Of a DNA stretch of 64,000 bases, positions 38,130 through 48,342 are shown one piece after another. A program made the position numbers and the translations under genes. The number at the start of each line of letters is the position of its first letter. The first letter of the stretch is position 1. This stretch comes from an uncultured Spirochaetota bacterium (GTDB taxonomy: Bacteria; Spirochaetota; Spirochaetia; SZUA-6; Fen-1364), in assembly GCA_963845535.1 (NCBI GenBank), contig CAWJSK010000021.1, positions 1-64,000 of the forward strand, written 5' to 3'. The notes below the pieces were generated by a model. That model saw nothing but the letters and a program-made list of their open reading frames with translations, made no database searches and was not told the DNA's origin.

Positions 38130-38958
38130 CGCCCATGGTCAGTCCCTGGATGAAGTAGCGCTGCGTCAGGAAAAACAGGAGCGCAACGGGCAGGATGATC
38201 AGGACGGAGGCGGCCATGAGGAACTGCCATTGGCCCATGACCGAGTAGCCCGATATCAGATACTTCAACCCCAGTGACAGCGTGTATTTGTTCTGGTCGT
38301 TCAAGTAGAGGAAAGGCCCCATGAAATCATTCCAGGACGCCAGGAAAGCGAAGATGGCAACCACCGCGAGCGCGGGCTTCGACATGGGGGCGATGATCCG
38401 GGTGACGACCTGGAAATGGTTCACGCCGTCCACAAACGCCGCTTCGTCGAACTCTATGGGGATGGACTTGAAGAACTGGTGGAGCATGAAGATATAGAAC
38501 CCGTTCCCGAAAAAGGCCAGGACCGTCAACGGCGCATACGTGTTGATGCCGTGGAAAAGCTTCCACTCAATGAAAAGCGGTATCATGGTGACGGTCTGCG
38601 GGAGCATGATGGTGGCCATGCACAGGCCGTACATGATGGTCCTTCCCCGGAACCTGATCCTTGCGAACGCGTAGGCGATCAGCGAGTTGCTCATGACCGC
38701 GCCCACGACGTTGAGAATGACAATGACAACGGTATTGACAAAATACCTGGCAAAAGGCACGACGTGAAAGAGGTCGAGGTAGTTGTTCCACTGGGGGACC
38801 CGGGGCAGCAGCCGGGGAGGCAGCGTGAAAATCTCCCGGGAGGTCATCAGGGAGCTTCGAAGAAGCCAGATCAGGGGAAACACGCAGAACAGGGAGAACC
38901 CTGCCAGGAGAATGTAGTTCAGGAAGCGAAAATCGGGCCCGGCGCTTTGCCGCCTCAT
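38116..38958 (-). CDS. Carbohydrate ABC transporter permease (MalG-type)
   Basis: IPIEFDEAAFVDG, WNDFMGP. ATGA overlap with the upstream permease. Confidence 0.92.
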   Translation of the reverse strand: MRRQSAGPDFRFLNYILLAGFSLFCVFPLIWLLRSSLMTSREIFTLPPRLLPRVPQWNNYLDLFHVVPFARYFVNTVVIVILNVVGAVMSNSLIAYAFARIRFRGRTIMYGLCMATIMLPQTVTMIPLFIEWKLFHGINTYAPLTVLAFFGNGFYIFMLHQFFKSIPIEFDEAAFVDGVNHFQVVTRIIAPMSKPALAVVAIFAFLASWNDFMGPFLYLNDQNKYTLSLGLKYLISGYSVMGQWQFLMAASVLIILPVALLFFLTQRYFIQGLTMGGLKG

Positions 38959-39869
38959 TTCTTCGTCTCCCCTTGATAGAAGACCCACCAGGAAGAGGTT
39001 CGGAAAATGATGATGGATATCACGGCGGTCATGATGAACACGAACCATGCCATTGCGCTGGCGTACCCCATCTTTGCAAACATGAACGCCTGCCGGTACA
39101 GGTGCAGCACATAGAACAGGGAGGCGTTTGCCGGGCCCCCGTTGGTCATGATGTACGGTTGCGTAAAAGTCTGAAATCCGCCAATGACGCCAATGACCAC
39201 GTTATAAAGGATGGTGGGGGTCATGAAGGGCAGGATGATGTGGCGGAACCGGTGGAACACGCCCCCGCCGTCGATTTCCACCGCCTCCGTGAGCTCCTTG
39301 GGGATGTCCTGGAGGCCCGCCAGAAAAACAATGATGATGTTGCCGATCCCCCAGATGCTCATGAGAATCAAGCTCGGGATCACCGTCTGTGTGCCGAACA
39401 CCCACTTCTGAGGCGCAAAGCCCAGGGACGTGAGGAGGACATTGAAAAGCCCGAATTGAGGGTTGTACAGCCACATCCAGAGCGCCGAGCTCACGATCAC
39501 CGGAACCAGGGAGGGAAGATAGAAAATCGTGCGGAATGCCTTGACGCCCCGCACCCTTGTGTTCAGGAGAAGCGCTGCCAGGAATGCGATGATCACCTGC
39601 AGGGAAACCCCGGCCCCCGTGAAGTACACGGTAACCAGGACGGATTGCCAGAACAGGGGATCACTCGTGAACATGTCGATGTAGTTCTTGAACCCGATGA
39701 AAACGGGCGCGGTGATCAGGTCCCACTTCGCGAAACTGGTAACGAGGCTCAGCCCCAGCGGGAAGGCGACCCAGAGGGAGAGCCCGAGCACCACCGGAGT
39801 GAGGAACAGCCAGCCCCAGAAATTGTTGTACCGGGACAGGAACCTCACGCGCCGCGTCGGCGCGCGCAT
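38955..39869 (-). CDS. Carbohydrate ABC transporter permease (MalF-type)
   Basis: FIGFKNY, IPKELTEAVEIDGG, MGYASAMAW. Start uncertain (39869 or 39905). Confidence 0.9.
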   Translation of the reverse strand: MRAPTRRVRFLSRYNNFWGWLFLTPVVLGLSLWVAFPLGLSLVTSFAKWDLITAPVFIGFKNYIDMFTSDPLFWQSVLVTVYFTGAGVSLQVIIAFLAALLLNTRVRGVKAFRTIFYLPSLVPVIVSSALWMWLYNPQFGLFNVLLTSLGFAPQKWVFGTQTVIPSLILMSIWGIGNIIIVFLAGLQDIPKELTEAVEIDGGGVFHRFRHIILPFMTPTILYNVVIGVIGGFQTFTQPYIMTNGGPANASLFYVLHLYRQAFMFAKMGYASAMAWFVFIMTAVISIIIFRTSSWWVFYQGETKK

Positions 39870-39928
39870 GGACTGGGAACGCGCCGCCAGGCGCGTTCCC
39901 GTCACGTGTCGATGTGTTTCTGTGCCGT

Positions 39929-41272
39929 TCACCAGGTTCCCTGCATGAGGTTCTGCTGCCGAATCTGATCCGCGGCTTTCTTCATTGCATCCTTCGCGGA
40001 AACCTCTCCCAGCCAGACCCTGTCCAACTGCGGGTTGACGCATTCGTTGATGATCTGGGTGTAGTTCTTCACCCTCACCTCGGGAATGGGCTGGGCAATC
40101 TTCATGGAGTCGAGCACGGCGGCCTTGAACTCGGGGGGATGCACCGGATTGTCGATCCATTTCTTCAGATCGATCGGGTCGCTGTACCAGGAAGCTTTTG
40201 TCGGCATCCACAATCCGCTCGTGTACAGGTTCAGCGTTTTGTCCGGAGTCATCATCCATTTGTGCAGCAGCCACGCTTCCTTGGGATGCTTCGTGGATTT
40301 GAAGATCACGGAAGCTCCGCTGATGTACATCTGGGCGGGCTTCGTGATGATGGGCAACGCGCCCATCCCCATGGGGAAGCCCATTTTCGCGATGTCCAGA
40401 AGCTCCCACTGGCCCGTGACGTAGAAGCCCAACTGACCGTTGGCCAGCATGACCGGGGGCGTGGGCAGGCCGGCCTGCGAGGTGGAAGACGGGTTCGTGT
40501 ACGGCATGACCTTCTGCTTGTTGATCAGGTCAGCGATTTTCTGGATGACGTCCACGGACTCCGGCGAATCGATCAGGACCTTCTTCCCGTCCGCGGAAAC
40601 GATTCCGCCGCCTCCGCTCCACAAGGGGGGCGTCAGCATGGCATGCCAGAGCTGGTAGCTCACGCCGTAGGTGGTGATCCTGTTGGCGTCGAAGCCGGTG
40701 TCCCCGGGGTGCTTGCCGTTGTTGTCGGTTGTGATCATCGTGGCGTACTTCACGAATTGGTCCCATGTCCAAGCCTTGCGGTAATCCGACGGCGGAAGGG
40801 GAACACCTGCCTTCTGCAAAACATCCTTGTTGTAGAACATGACCTGGCATTCCGCCGCAGTGTAGGCTCCGTAGATCCTGTCCTTGACCTTGAGCCAGAC
40901 CTGGGGGAGATAGTCCTTTGTCAGATTATCCTTCTGGACCAGGGTGGTCAGGTCGAGCATGTAGCCGGCGTCGGCGAACTCTCCGAACTGATCCGGCCGG
41001 AAGTAGCCCAGGTCAGGCAAGGTGTTCGTCTGGGCCATTGCTCTGAGCTTGGCCGCGTACTCCGTGCCGGAGATGTCACCCTGGATGTACATCGGCTCCA
41101 CGGTGATCCCGGGGTTTGCAGCCTCGAACGCCTTGAACGCGTCCTTCAATGCGGTGTCTTCGTTCACGCTTCCCCAGTACACGAACGTCAGCTTGACGTT
41201 CGCCGCGGTTACCGGAGAAACGGCAACGAGCGCAAGAAGCGCGCACGCCAGGATGGGCAGTAGTCTCTTCAT
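39929..41272 (-). CDS. Carbohydrate ABC transporter substrate-binding protein
   Basis: Signal peptide, FYNKDVLQKAGV..WTWDQF. AAGGAGG RBS. Confidence 0.92.
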   Translation of the reverse strand: MKRLLPILACALLALVAVSPVTAANVKLTFVYWGSVNEDTALKDAFKAFEAANPGITVEPMYIQGDISGTEYAAKLRAMAQTNTLPDLGYFRPDQFGEFADAGYMLDLTTLVQKDNLTKDYLPQVWLKVKDRIYGAYTAAECQVMFYNKDVLQKAGVPLPPSDYRKAWTWDQFVKYATMITTDNNGKHPGDTGFDANRITTYGVSYQLWHAMLTPPLWSGGGGIVSADGKKVLIDSPESVDVIQKIADLINKQKVMPYTNPSSTSQAGLPTPPVMLANGQLGFYVTGQWELLDIAKMGFPMGMGALPIITKPAQMYISGASVIFKSTKHPKEAWLLHKWMMTPDKTLNLYTSGLWMPTKASWYSDPIDLKKWIDNPVHPPEFKAAVLDSMKIAQPIPEVRVKNYTQIINECVNPQLDRVWLGEVSAKDAMKKAADQIRQQNLMQGTW

Positions 41273-41365
41273 GGCTTCCTCCTTATTGCGAGATTACGAG
41301 CTTTCTATCGCTTTTTCCGCAGGTCACGAATCGAATATCTCCCCCCATTTCGCTGTGTAAGCGGT

Positions 41366-41743
41366 TCATCCTGAGTTTTTCATCTGGTGAAGGCGTACTC
41401 TGATAACAGCCTTCAGCGCTTTCTGCGAGAGCATGTTCAGTTTGCGTAGAATCCCATCTACTTCCTTTCGGTTCTTCACCCATTCCTGGAGGATTTCCGA
41501 TTCAGGCGGGTGAAGGAGTCTGGCGACAGATTTCCCCTTTTGCTTGCTGGTCCAATAGAGGTAGGGGCCATGCCGCGCCTGAGGGTCTGTGGCACATTCG
41601 CAATCCGCTCTGCCACAGGTCAGCCATCGTTCACTGATACTCCCGTTCCATATGAAGCCGATCTCGGCGAGCCGAGCAGCCACGCTATGAAACTGAGAAC
41701 GGAAACGTTGCAGAGTTTGCAGGTCGGAAGTCAGCCGATTCAC
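41366..41743 (-). CDS. IS-associated small basic protein (DUF6788-like, Cys/His motif)
   Basis: GSI....TCGRADCEC....HGPY.YWT....GK motif. Lies inside the IS, divergent from the transposase. Confidence 0.75.
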   Translation of the reverse strand: MNRLTSDLQTLQRFRSQFHSVAARLAEIGFIWNGSISERWLTCGRADCECATDPQARHGPYLYWTSKQKGKSVARLLHPPESEILQEWVKNRKEVDGILRKLNMLSQKALKAVIRVRLHQMKNSG

Positions 41744-41752
41744 GAGTACCCC

Positions 41753-41804
41753 TTGACACTACCCATGTTTACTGTAATATACAGTAAACAGCAAGAGGTG
41801 TCAA
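41753..41804. promoter_or_regulatory. Overlapping divergent sigma-70 promoters with a central 25-bp palindrome
   Basis: TTGACA at 41753 (+) and at 41804 (-). TGTTTACTGTA-ATA-TACAGTAAACA at 41766-41790 covers both -10 regions. Confidence 0.7.
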
Positions 41805-41808
41805 CCCC

Positions 41809-43506
41809 ATGAAGCGCAACCGTCCCTTCAGTCTCGATTCCAAGTCCATGGCCGCCCTCCCCATCGTCAACTGCTTCCTCGCGCGTTTGCACCTGCCCGA
41901 CATCTTCGCCAACTACCTTCCCCCGCCCGATCCTCGCACCCACCTCGACCCCGTCGCCACTCTCGGTGCCTTCCTTCGCTGCCTCATCATCGCCCGTACC
42001 CCCTTGTATTCTGTCATCGAATGGGCACAGCCTTTCCATCCTCTGCTTCTGGGCTGCCGACCCCAGCAGCTCAACGACGACCGCATCGGTCGATGCCTCG
42101 ACCGACTCTTCGACGCTGACCGCTGCGCTCTGTTGACCGCATTCGTCCTGCACATGATCAAGGAGTTTGCCATTTCCCCGCAGGAACTGCACAACGACTC
42201 CACCTCCATCACCTTGAGCGGATGGTACGGCCAAGCCGACGGACAACCGATGCGTGGCAAGCGGACTCTCCGAGTTACCTACGGGCATAATAAGGACCAT
42301 AGACTGGATTTGAAGCAGCTTGTGTGGATCCTCACTGTCACCGAGGAAGGGGTTCCCGTGCACTTCAAAGTCGCCGACGGCAACACCGAAGACTCCCGCA
42401 CCCACTGGGAGACATGGCAGGCGCTGTGCTTGCTGGTTGGCAACAGCCGTTTCCTGTATGTGGCGGACTGCAAGCTATGCACCCGCATGACCCTTCGGGC
42501 CATCGATCAGAAAGGAGGGCGGTTCATCACGATCCTGCCTCAAACCCGCAGGGAAGACAGCCGTTTCAGAAGCTGGTTGCGCACTCATACGCCACAGTGG
42601 CGCGAAGTGGCGCAGTATCCGGGGCGGCTAAAAGAGGATCCGCCTGACGTTATCTGCGCAGTCGATTCTCCCTTGCCTGATGCCGACGGGTTCCGCCTGA
42701 TCTGGTTTCACAGCTCAGCGAAGCTGGAGAGGGACGGGGAAGAGCGGCAGCAGAGGATCGCCCGGGCACAAGGAGAGTTGGACCAGCTAAAGGCCAAGGT
42801 GGAGGCCCCACGCAGCCGATTGAAGACACGGGAGGGGATCGCGGCAAAGGCGGACAGGATCCTTGCCAGCCGGGGGGTGCAACGGTGGCTGCGCTACACG
42901 ATCGAGGAGTGGCGGGACGAGAAGTTTCGCCAGGAAAAGCGAGGGCGGGCCGGAGCGCGGACCCGGTGGCGTCGTTCAGTGCGTATACGCTTTCGGTTGA
43001 GCTTCTCGAATGTTGCGGCCACGATCGCAGAGGATGCGCGATCTGACGGAGTGTTTCCCTTGCTGAGCAACTGCCGCGATCTGTCGGAGACTCAGATCCT
43101 GGAAGCGTACAAGAGGAAACATCCTCTCATCGAGAAACGCCACGCGATGTTGAAGAGCGTGTTGGGCACGACGCCAGTGTTCTTGAAGAACATCGGGCGC
43201 GTGGAAGCGTTCCTTTTCATGGAGTTCCTGGCAATGACGGTGCATGCTTTGGTAGAGCGTGAATTGCGGCGGGCTATGGAACGGGAAGGCACCGAGAAGT
43301 TGTTTCTGTATCCGGAAGACAGGGACTGCAAGGCACCTACGGCGGCTCGGGTCTTCGAGGTCTTCGGGAGCATGCAGCGGCACATCCTCCGTCAAGAAGA
43401 CGGAGAGGTGATGCAGAAGTTCATGCCCGAGCTATCTGAGGCGCAAGAGCAGGTATTGGATTTGCTTGGCATTTCTGTCAGTCAGTTTATGACGGGCATG
43501 GGTTGA
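41809..43506 (+). CDS. IS1634-family DDE transposase
   Basis: LNDDRIGRCLD, HNDSTS, GHNKDHRLDLKQ, YVADCKL, IEKRH..LK. Confidence 0.93.
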   Translation: MKRNRPFSLDSKSMAALPIVNCFLARLHLPDIFANYLPPPDPRTHLDPVATLGAFLRCLIIARTPLYSVIEWAQPFHPLLLGCRPQQLNDDRIGRCLDRLFDADRCALLTAFVLHMIKEFAISPQELHNDSTSITLSGWYGQADGQPMRGKRTLRVTYGHNKDHRLDLKQLVWILTVTEEGVPVHFKVADGNTEDSRTHWETWQALCLLVGNSRFLYVADCKLCTRMTLRAIDQKGGRFITILPQTRREDSRFRSWLRTHTPQWREVAQYPGRLKEDPPDVICAVDSPLPDADGFRLIWFHSSAKLERDGEERQQRIARAQGELDQLKAKVEAPRSRLKTREGIAAKADRILASRGVQRWLRYTIEEWRDEKFRQEKRGRAGARTRWRRSVRIRFRLSFSNVAATIAEDARSDGVFPLLSNCRDLSETQILEAYKRKHPLIEKRHAMLKSVLGTTPVFLKNIGRVEAFLFMEFLAMTVHALVERELRRAMEREGTEKLFLYPEDRDCKAPTAARVFEVFGSMQRHILRQEDGEVMQKFMPELSEAQEQVLDLLGISVSQFMTGMG

Positions 43507-43656
43507 ACCGAAGCGAAGGGTCCAGGGTGGGGGGAGAAATCCAAACCCTGACCTGCGGAAAAAAGGTTCTATCCCACCTTTCGCGGGTTCGATACAGAAA
43601 AATGTACTTTTATTGTACTCGACTTGTACCGGGACAGGGATCGCTTCGCAGAGCCG

Positions 43657-44310
43657 TCAGAGAAGAGAAAGGTTCTGTCGCGCCGTCCGTATGGCATGGG
43701 ACCGGCTGTTCACTCCGATTTTTCCATAGATTCTGTGGACGTAGTTTCTCACGGTCTGCTCTGCCAGAAACACGCGGGCGGCGATCTCCTTGTTGTCCAG
43801 ACCGTCAGCCATGAGCGTGAGGAGCTTCTTCTCCGTCCTGTTCATTTCATCAACCCAGGCCGGAGGATCAGCCGCCGGCGCTTCCCCGATGGTCCGGGTC
43901 AGCTTCGACAACACGCTTTGAGAGAGGGGCGCGACGTTCGTGGTGCAGACGCTCTTGATCTGGGCAACGAGGTCGTCAATGGGGATGTCCTTCAGCAGAT
44001 ACCCGCTGGCGCCGAACTTCAAGGCTTCCTTGACGTATTCGTCATCATCGTAGGTGGTGAGCATGATGACCTTGATCTCGGGATGCCGCTCGTGGATGAT
44101 CCTCACCGCTTCCACCCCGTTCATGACGGGCATGCGGATGTCCATGACAATGACGTCCGGCAGGCTTCGCTCCACGGTTTCGACCGCCTCGGCGCCGTCA
44201 TACGCGCAGGAAACGACCTTGAGAGACCTGTCCACCTTTTTCAGAATCGCGGTCAGGCTCTCAATGAATATCCTCTGATCATCGACGAACATCAACCGGA
44301 CTGTCTTCAT
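43657..44310 (-). CDS. NarL/LuxR-family response regulator
   Basis: VDDQ, MDIRMP, GYLLK, NKEIA.RVFLAEQTVRNYV HTH. Confidence 0.93.
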   Translation of the reverse strand: MKTVRLMFVDDQRIFIESLTAILKKVDRSLKVVSCAYDGAEAVETVERSLPDVIVMDIRMPVMNGVEAVRIIHERHPEIKVIMLTTYDDDEYVKEALKFGASGYLLKDIPIDDLVAQIKSVCTTNVAPLSQSVLSKLTRTIGEAPAADPPAWVDEMNRTEKKLLTLMADGLDNKEIAARVFLAEQTVRNYVHRIYGKIGVNSRSHAIRTARQNLSLL

Positions 44311-45532
44311 GCATTTCCTCGTGGATGGTGTCCAGGGGCACGCGGATGGTGAGGACGAAGCCGTGGGGATAACGGCGGACGTCCAGCGTTCCGCGGAAAG
44401 ACGAAAGCCTCTCCTGCATGCCCGTAAGACCGATCCCTTTCCCTGCTTCGTCGTCGCTTCCCTGCCCGTTGTCACTGATGTTCAACACCAGCTCCGTCTC
44501 TGTTTTCCAGAAGATGATGGAGACCTCCGTCGCCTTTCCGTGTCGAACGGAATTGACGAGCGCCTCCTGAATGACCCTGTAGAAAACCGAGTCGAGGCTT
44601 CCGCTCCACCGGCCGGACGTGTTGCCCAGATCAAAGGTGACCTTGATCCCCGTGGATTCCCGGAACAACCTGATGATCGTATCGATCTCTGCGGGGCCAT
44701 CATTGCGGGTGACCTCTCGGAGCTTCCGCAGCACGCTGCGGGTCTCGGAAAGCCCATTGCTGGCGTTCTTCAGGGCGTCATCCAGGAACGAGTGGGCTTT
44801 CTTCAGCCGCCGCGGCACGTAGTAGCTGCAAGCCCGCAGCAGCGTGATATTGTTCGTCAGCACGTACCCCACCGTATCATGGATATCCCGCGTTATCCTC
44901 AGACGCTCCGCGTTTTCGAACTCTTCCTTCTTGTTGAGGGCGTATTTCTGGATCCCGACGTTCGTCTCGACGAGGTTTACGATCGTGTTTCGTTGATTCT
45001 TGATGAGCTCATTCAACGCCTCATGGGAATCCAGGACGGTCGATATGATGAAGTCCAGGAGAATGAGAATGACAAAGAGGAACCCCAGCATCAGCATTTC
45101 GCTTGCGCCCGGGGCGGGCGTCTGGACGCCGCCAACGCTGATGGATTGCTGGAAACTGAGGATGCACATGCCGGCAAGGAAAGCGAAAACAAGATTTACC
45201 GGCTTCCGAAGAAAATAGCCGCAGGCAATCAGGAACACGGAGGAAAGGATCACGGTGATCCCCAGGTTGCAGTTGGTGATGGTAAGAACAAAAAGGATGA
45301 GCACGAGCTGGATTGTCAGAAAGAGCATGTTCAGCGCTTTCTTTCGAAACCGGACAAGAAAAACGACGTCGACCACTGCGAGAAGCAGGAGAACCCGCGC
45401 GTCGACGACTGAGTTATAGGGGTCGATCAGGGTGTTCCTGACAAGCTGGTATTGGACAAAGCTGAACACGTGCCCTGCGAGGAGTATGCCGGGAAAAACG
45501 ATCCCCACGGAATTCGTTCTGGGCCTGCGCAT
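44279..45532 (-). CDS. Membrane sensor histidine kinase (HisKA_3 type)
   Basis: ERLRITRDIHDTVG, QEALVNSVRHG, DNGQG, GIGLTGMQER. Confidence 0.9.
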   Translation of the reverse strand: MRRPRTNSVGIVFPGILLAGHVFSFVQYQLVRNTLIDPYNSVVDARVLLLLAVVDVVFLVRFRKKALNMLFLTIQLVLILFVLTITNCNLGITVILSSVFLIACGYFLRKPVNLVFAFLAGMCILSFQQSISVGGVQTPAPGASEMLMLGFLFVILILLDFIISTVLDSHEALNELIKNQRNTIVNLVETNVGIQKYALNKKEEFENAERLRITRDIHDTVGYVLTNNITLLRACSYYVPRRLKKAHSFLDDALKNASNGLSETRSVLRKLREVTRNDGPAEIDTIIRLFRESTGIKVTFDLGNTSGRWSGSLDSVFYRVIQEALVNSVRHGKATEVSIIFWKTETELVLNISDNGQGSDDEAGKGIGLTGMQERLSSFRGTLDVRRYPHGFVLTIRVPLDTIHEEMHEDSPVDVRR

Positions 45533-45577
45533 GAGGTGATTGTACAACACGCCCAGACGGCGTGCACGGGGCCTGCC

Positions 45578-46780
45578 TCAGGGAGCCGTTGACCTGATTC
45601 GCTTCACGCCCTCTTTCCGGAAGGCAAGGGCCACGAATGTGATGGCCGCCAGCACGCTCACGCCGGCGGATACGATGAACCCGGCGCCGATCACGGAAGC
45701 CGTGATGACTACTCCCGCCAGGAAAGGCCCCGAGGAGTGGCCGATGTCCATGATGGAGCTGAGCGCGCCGAGTGAGGCCCCCAGGTTTTTCTCCCGGGCC
45801 ACGTCAGCCACGTACGTGCTCGTTGCCACCGTGGAAACCGACATAGCAAGGCCAAACAGCACGGCAATCACCCCCACCGCGAAGACCCCGTGGAACAGGG
45901 GCACGAGGGCGGTGAAGGCTGCAAGAAGAAGGATGCCGAAGAGGACCTGCACGCGCCTGTCCACGGTGTCGGCAAGCCGTCCGAACAGTGGCTTGGTAAG
46001 CGCGATGGAAAGGACCTGGATGGAGAATACGAATCCGATCTGGTACGCGGGAACTCCCTGCTCTTGGAGATAGAGGGGCAGGTACGTCTCAATGACTCCG
46101 TAGCAGAAATACGTCGCCATCTCCACAAGCGACGTTCCCAGAAGCTTGCCGTTCTTGACGAACTCCGCCAGGCTCTTCCCGAAGTCGGCAGCGCTCACCT
46201 TCTTGACCCCCGCGCCGCCATCGTCCCGCTTGAGGACGAGGGTCAGAATGAGCACAGGGACGCACAAGACAAAGGCCGCGGCATAGACGGACCGGTAATT
46301 GAGAAGCGATATGATGAGGCCTCCCAGGAAGGGGGCCAGCGTGCGGCCAATCAACGTGGCTGAGGAGTACAGCCCGAGCTTTTCTCCCTTGCTCTCAGGA
46401 TAGGAGCTGACAATCACGGCTACCGGCCCCAGGATGGCGGTGGCAATGCCGTGGAAGAACCGGATGGGGATCAGCCAGAACGCGTTGTGCACAAGGAGGT
46501 AGAGCGGCGGGGCAAGAATGAAAACGATAGATGCCACAATGAGGAGCCGCTTCTTCCCCATGCGGTCCGCCAGGAGCCCAACAGGGAAGCTGAAGAAGAT
46601 TCCCGCCAGCGGGGAGATTGCCGCAATGAGGCCGATCACCGTATCCGTGCCGGAAAGGGATTTCACGAAGAGCGGCAGGACGGGACTCTTGGACATGGTG
46701 GTGGAAAAGATTGCGAAAAACCCGATGAACGAGAGTGCGATGATCCCGGAAGAGCCCCGGTCCCTCGTTGACTGCGCCAT
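45578..46780 (-). CDS. MFS transporter
   Basis: GLLADRMGKK and GRLADTVDRR motifs, about 12 hydrophobic segments. Confidence 0.92.
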   Translation of the reverse strand: MAQSTRDRGSSGIIALSFIGFFAIFSTTMSKSPVLPLFVKSLSGTDTVIGLIAAISPLAGIFFSFPVGLLADRMGKKRLLIVASIVFILAPPLYLLVHNAFWLIPIRFFHGIATAILGPVAVIVSSYPESKGEKLGLYSSATLIGRTLAPFLGGLIISLLNYRSVYAAAFVLCVPVLILTLVLKRDDGGAGVKKVSAADFGKSLAEFVKNGKLLGTSLVEMATYFCYGVIETYLPLYLQEQGVPAYQIGFVFSIQVLSIALTKPLFGRLADTVDRRVQVLFGILLLAAFTALVPLFHGVFAVGVIAVLFGLAMSVSTVATSTYVADVAREKNLGASLGALSSIMDIGHSSGPFLAGVVITASVIGAGFIVSAGVSVLAAITFVALAFRKEGVKRIRSTAP

Positions 46781-46799
46781 TGGCGAGCCCCCTTCCGCG

Positions 46800-48342
46800 T
46801 CAGCCCTTGGGGAAAATCACCGTGAAAGAGGAGCCGGCATCAGGCTTCGAATGAACGATGATCCGCCCGTTGTATTCTCCCAGGACGCGTTTCACTGTTG
46901 CAAGGCCGAGGCCCGTGCCCGCAATCCCCGAGGTTTTCTGGCTCTTGACCCGGTAGAACTCCTGGAAGATCGACTTCAGCTCCGGGTCGCTCATGCCAAT
47001 CCCCGTGTCGGTCACCGTGATCTCCCACGCTTCACCCGTGTCCGCCATGCGGACCGTGAGGCTTCCCCTCTCCCGGTTATATTTGATCCCGTTGGAGATG
47101 AGGTTCATGAAAATCCGGTCAAGATCCCCACGGTCGGCTTTCACGGGATACGCTTCCCCGGGAGCATCCAGCGTGGCAACGATCCGCCTCTTCTCCGTCT
47201 GGACCTTGAAGAACTCAAGCTGGGAGGCAATGACCGCTTTCAGGTCGAGGTCTTCGATGGACCGCTGCACCTTCCCCACGTCGCGGCTGTTGATGTACAG
47301 CAGGTCCCGTACGAGGTCCAGGAGCGCCTCCCCGCGGACCTTGCAGCGCTCCAGCATCTCCCGCACCTTGGTTGGGTTGTCGTCGAACATGCCGGTGAGG
47401 ATCACGTTGATGTAGTTGATGATGGCGGAAAGCGGGCTCTTCAGCTCGTGGGCCACCATGGAAACGAAGCGGTTCTTGTCCTGCTCCGCCCTCCAGCTCT
47501 CCGTGACGTCGGTGAGGATGACGATGGCGCCGCCGCGCTCGCCATCCAGCATGAGCGCAGAGACGCTCACGGAGAGCATCCCCTGCCAGGCGCCCGTGAG
47601 CGTGAGGTCGGCTGACTCCGCGTCTCCCACGGGGTGCTGCAGCACGCGCGTCTCGGGCTTTCCGGCGGCGGCATCCACCACCGCTTCAATGGCGGCCTGG
47701 ATCTCCAGGTCCGGAAAAAGGTCCGGCAGCGTGACGCCGTCACGGAAGTGCGTCCCCAGGAAGTGCTCAGCCCGGGGGTTCATCAGCACGGGCTCCTTGC
47801 GGATGTTGAGGACGACCACCCCTTCGTGCATGGAGGCGATCATCTGGTGGGACATGTTGCGCTCAGAGGCAAGCTCGGAGAGGTACCTCTCCCGTTCGCG
47901 GATCAGGCGCCACTGCTGCGCGGCCCGGTTTGCCACCTGCACCAGGTCCTCCGGCGTGAACGGCTTGACGAGGAAGTCGAACGCGCCGTGCTGCGTCACT
48001 TCCACCGCGGCTTCCACGGTTGCAAGCGCTGAGACAATGACAACCACCGTGCGCCCGGCGAAGCGCCGGGTGATGTGCTCCGTGACCTTGAATCCGTCAA
48101 TGCCGGGCATCTTCAGGTCCACGAGGGCGACATCAGCGGGCTCCTCCTCCAGGAGACGGAGCGCGGTCTCACCGTCCCGGGCGGTGCGCACGGTGAAGCC
48201 GCGGCGCTCCAGCACGCGCCGCATGCCCTCCCGCATCCCTTCCTCATCATCGATGACAAGGACATGGATGCTTTCCGGGTCCCGAGCGGTCGGGCTCGCT
48301 GCGAAAAGTCTCGGATGTTGCGGCGGGCCGCGCGTCAGGCAT
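46800..48342 (-). CDS. Hybrid kinase REC-PAS-HisKA-HATPase; probable +1 frameshift near 48304-48307 separates the ATG at 48342 from the main frame
   Basis: The receiver starts at HVLVIDDEEG, upstream of the ORF-track ATG, with no in-frame ATG/GTG/TTG. MVAHELKSPL, NGIKYN, GTGLGL. Confidence 0.85.

Larger units (their letters stand above)
41309..43566. mobile_element. Complete IS1634-family insertion sequence with 6-bp target site duplication TTCTAT
   Basis: Terminal IRs CGCTTTTTCCGCAGGTCA and CCTTTTTTCCGCAGGTCA (16/18 match), extending imperfectly to TCTCCCCCCA. TTCTAT flanks at 41303-41308 and 43567-43572. Confidence 0.92.

Noticed and set aside
41766..41790. LexA/SOS box in the IS promoter
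   Set aside because: Spacing is CTGT-N5-ACAG rather than N8. It was kept only as an unassigned palindrome.
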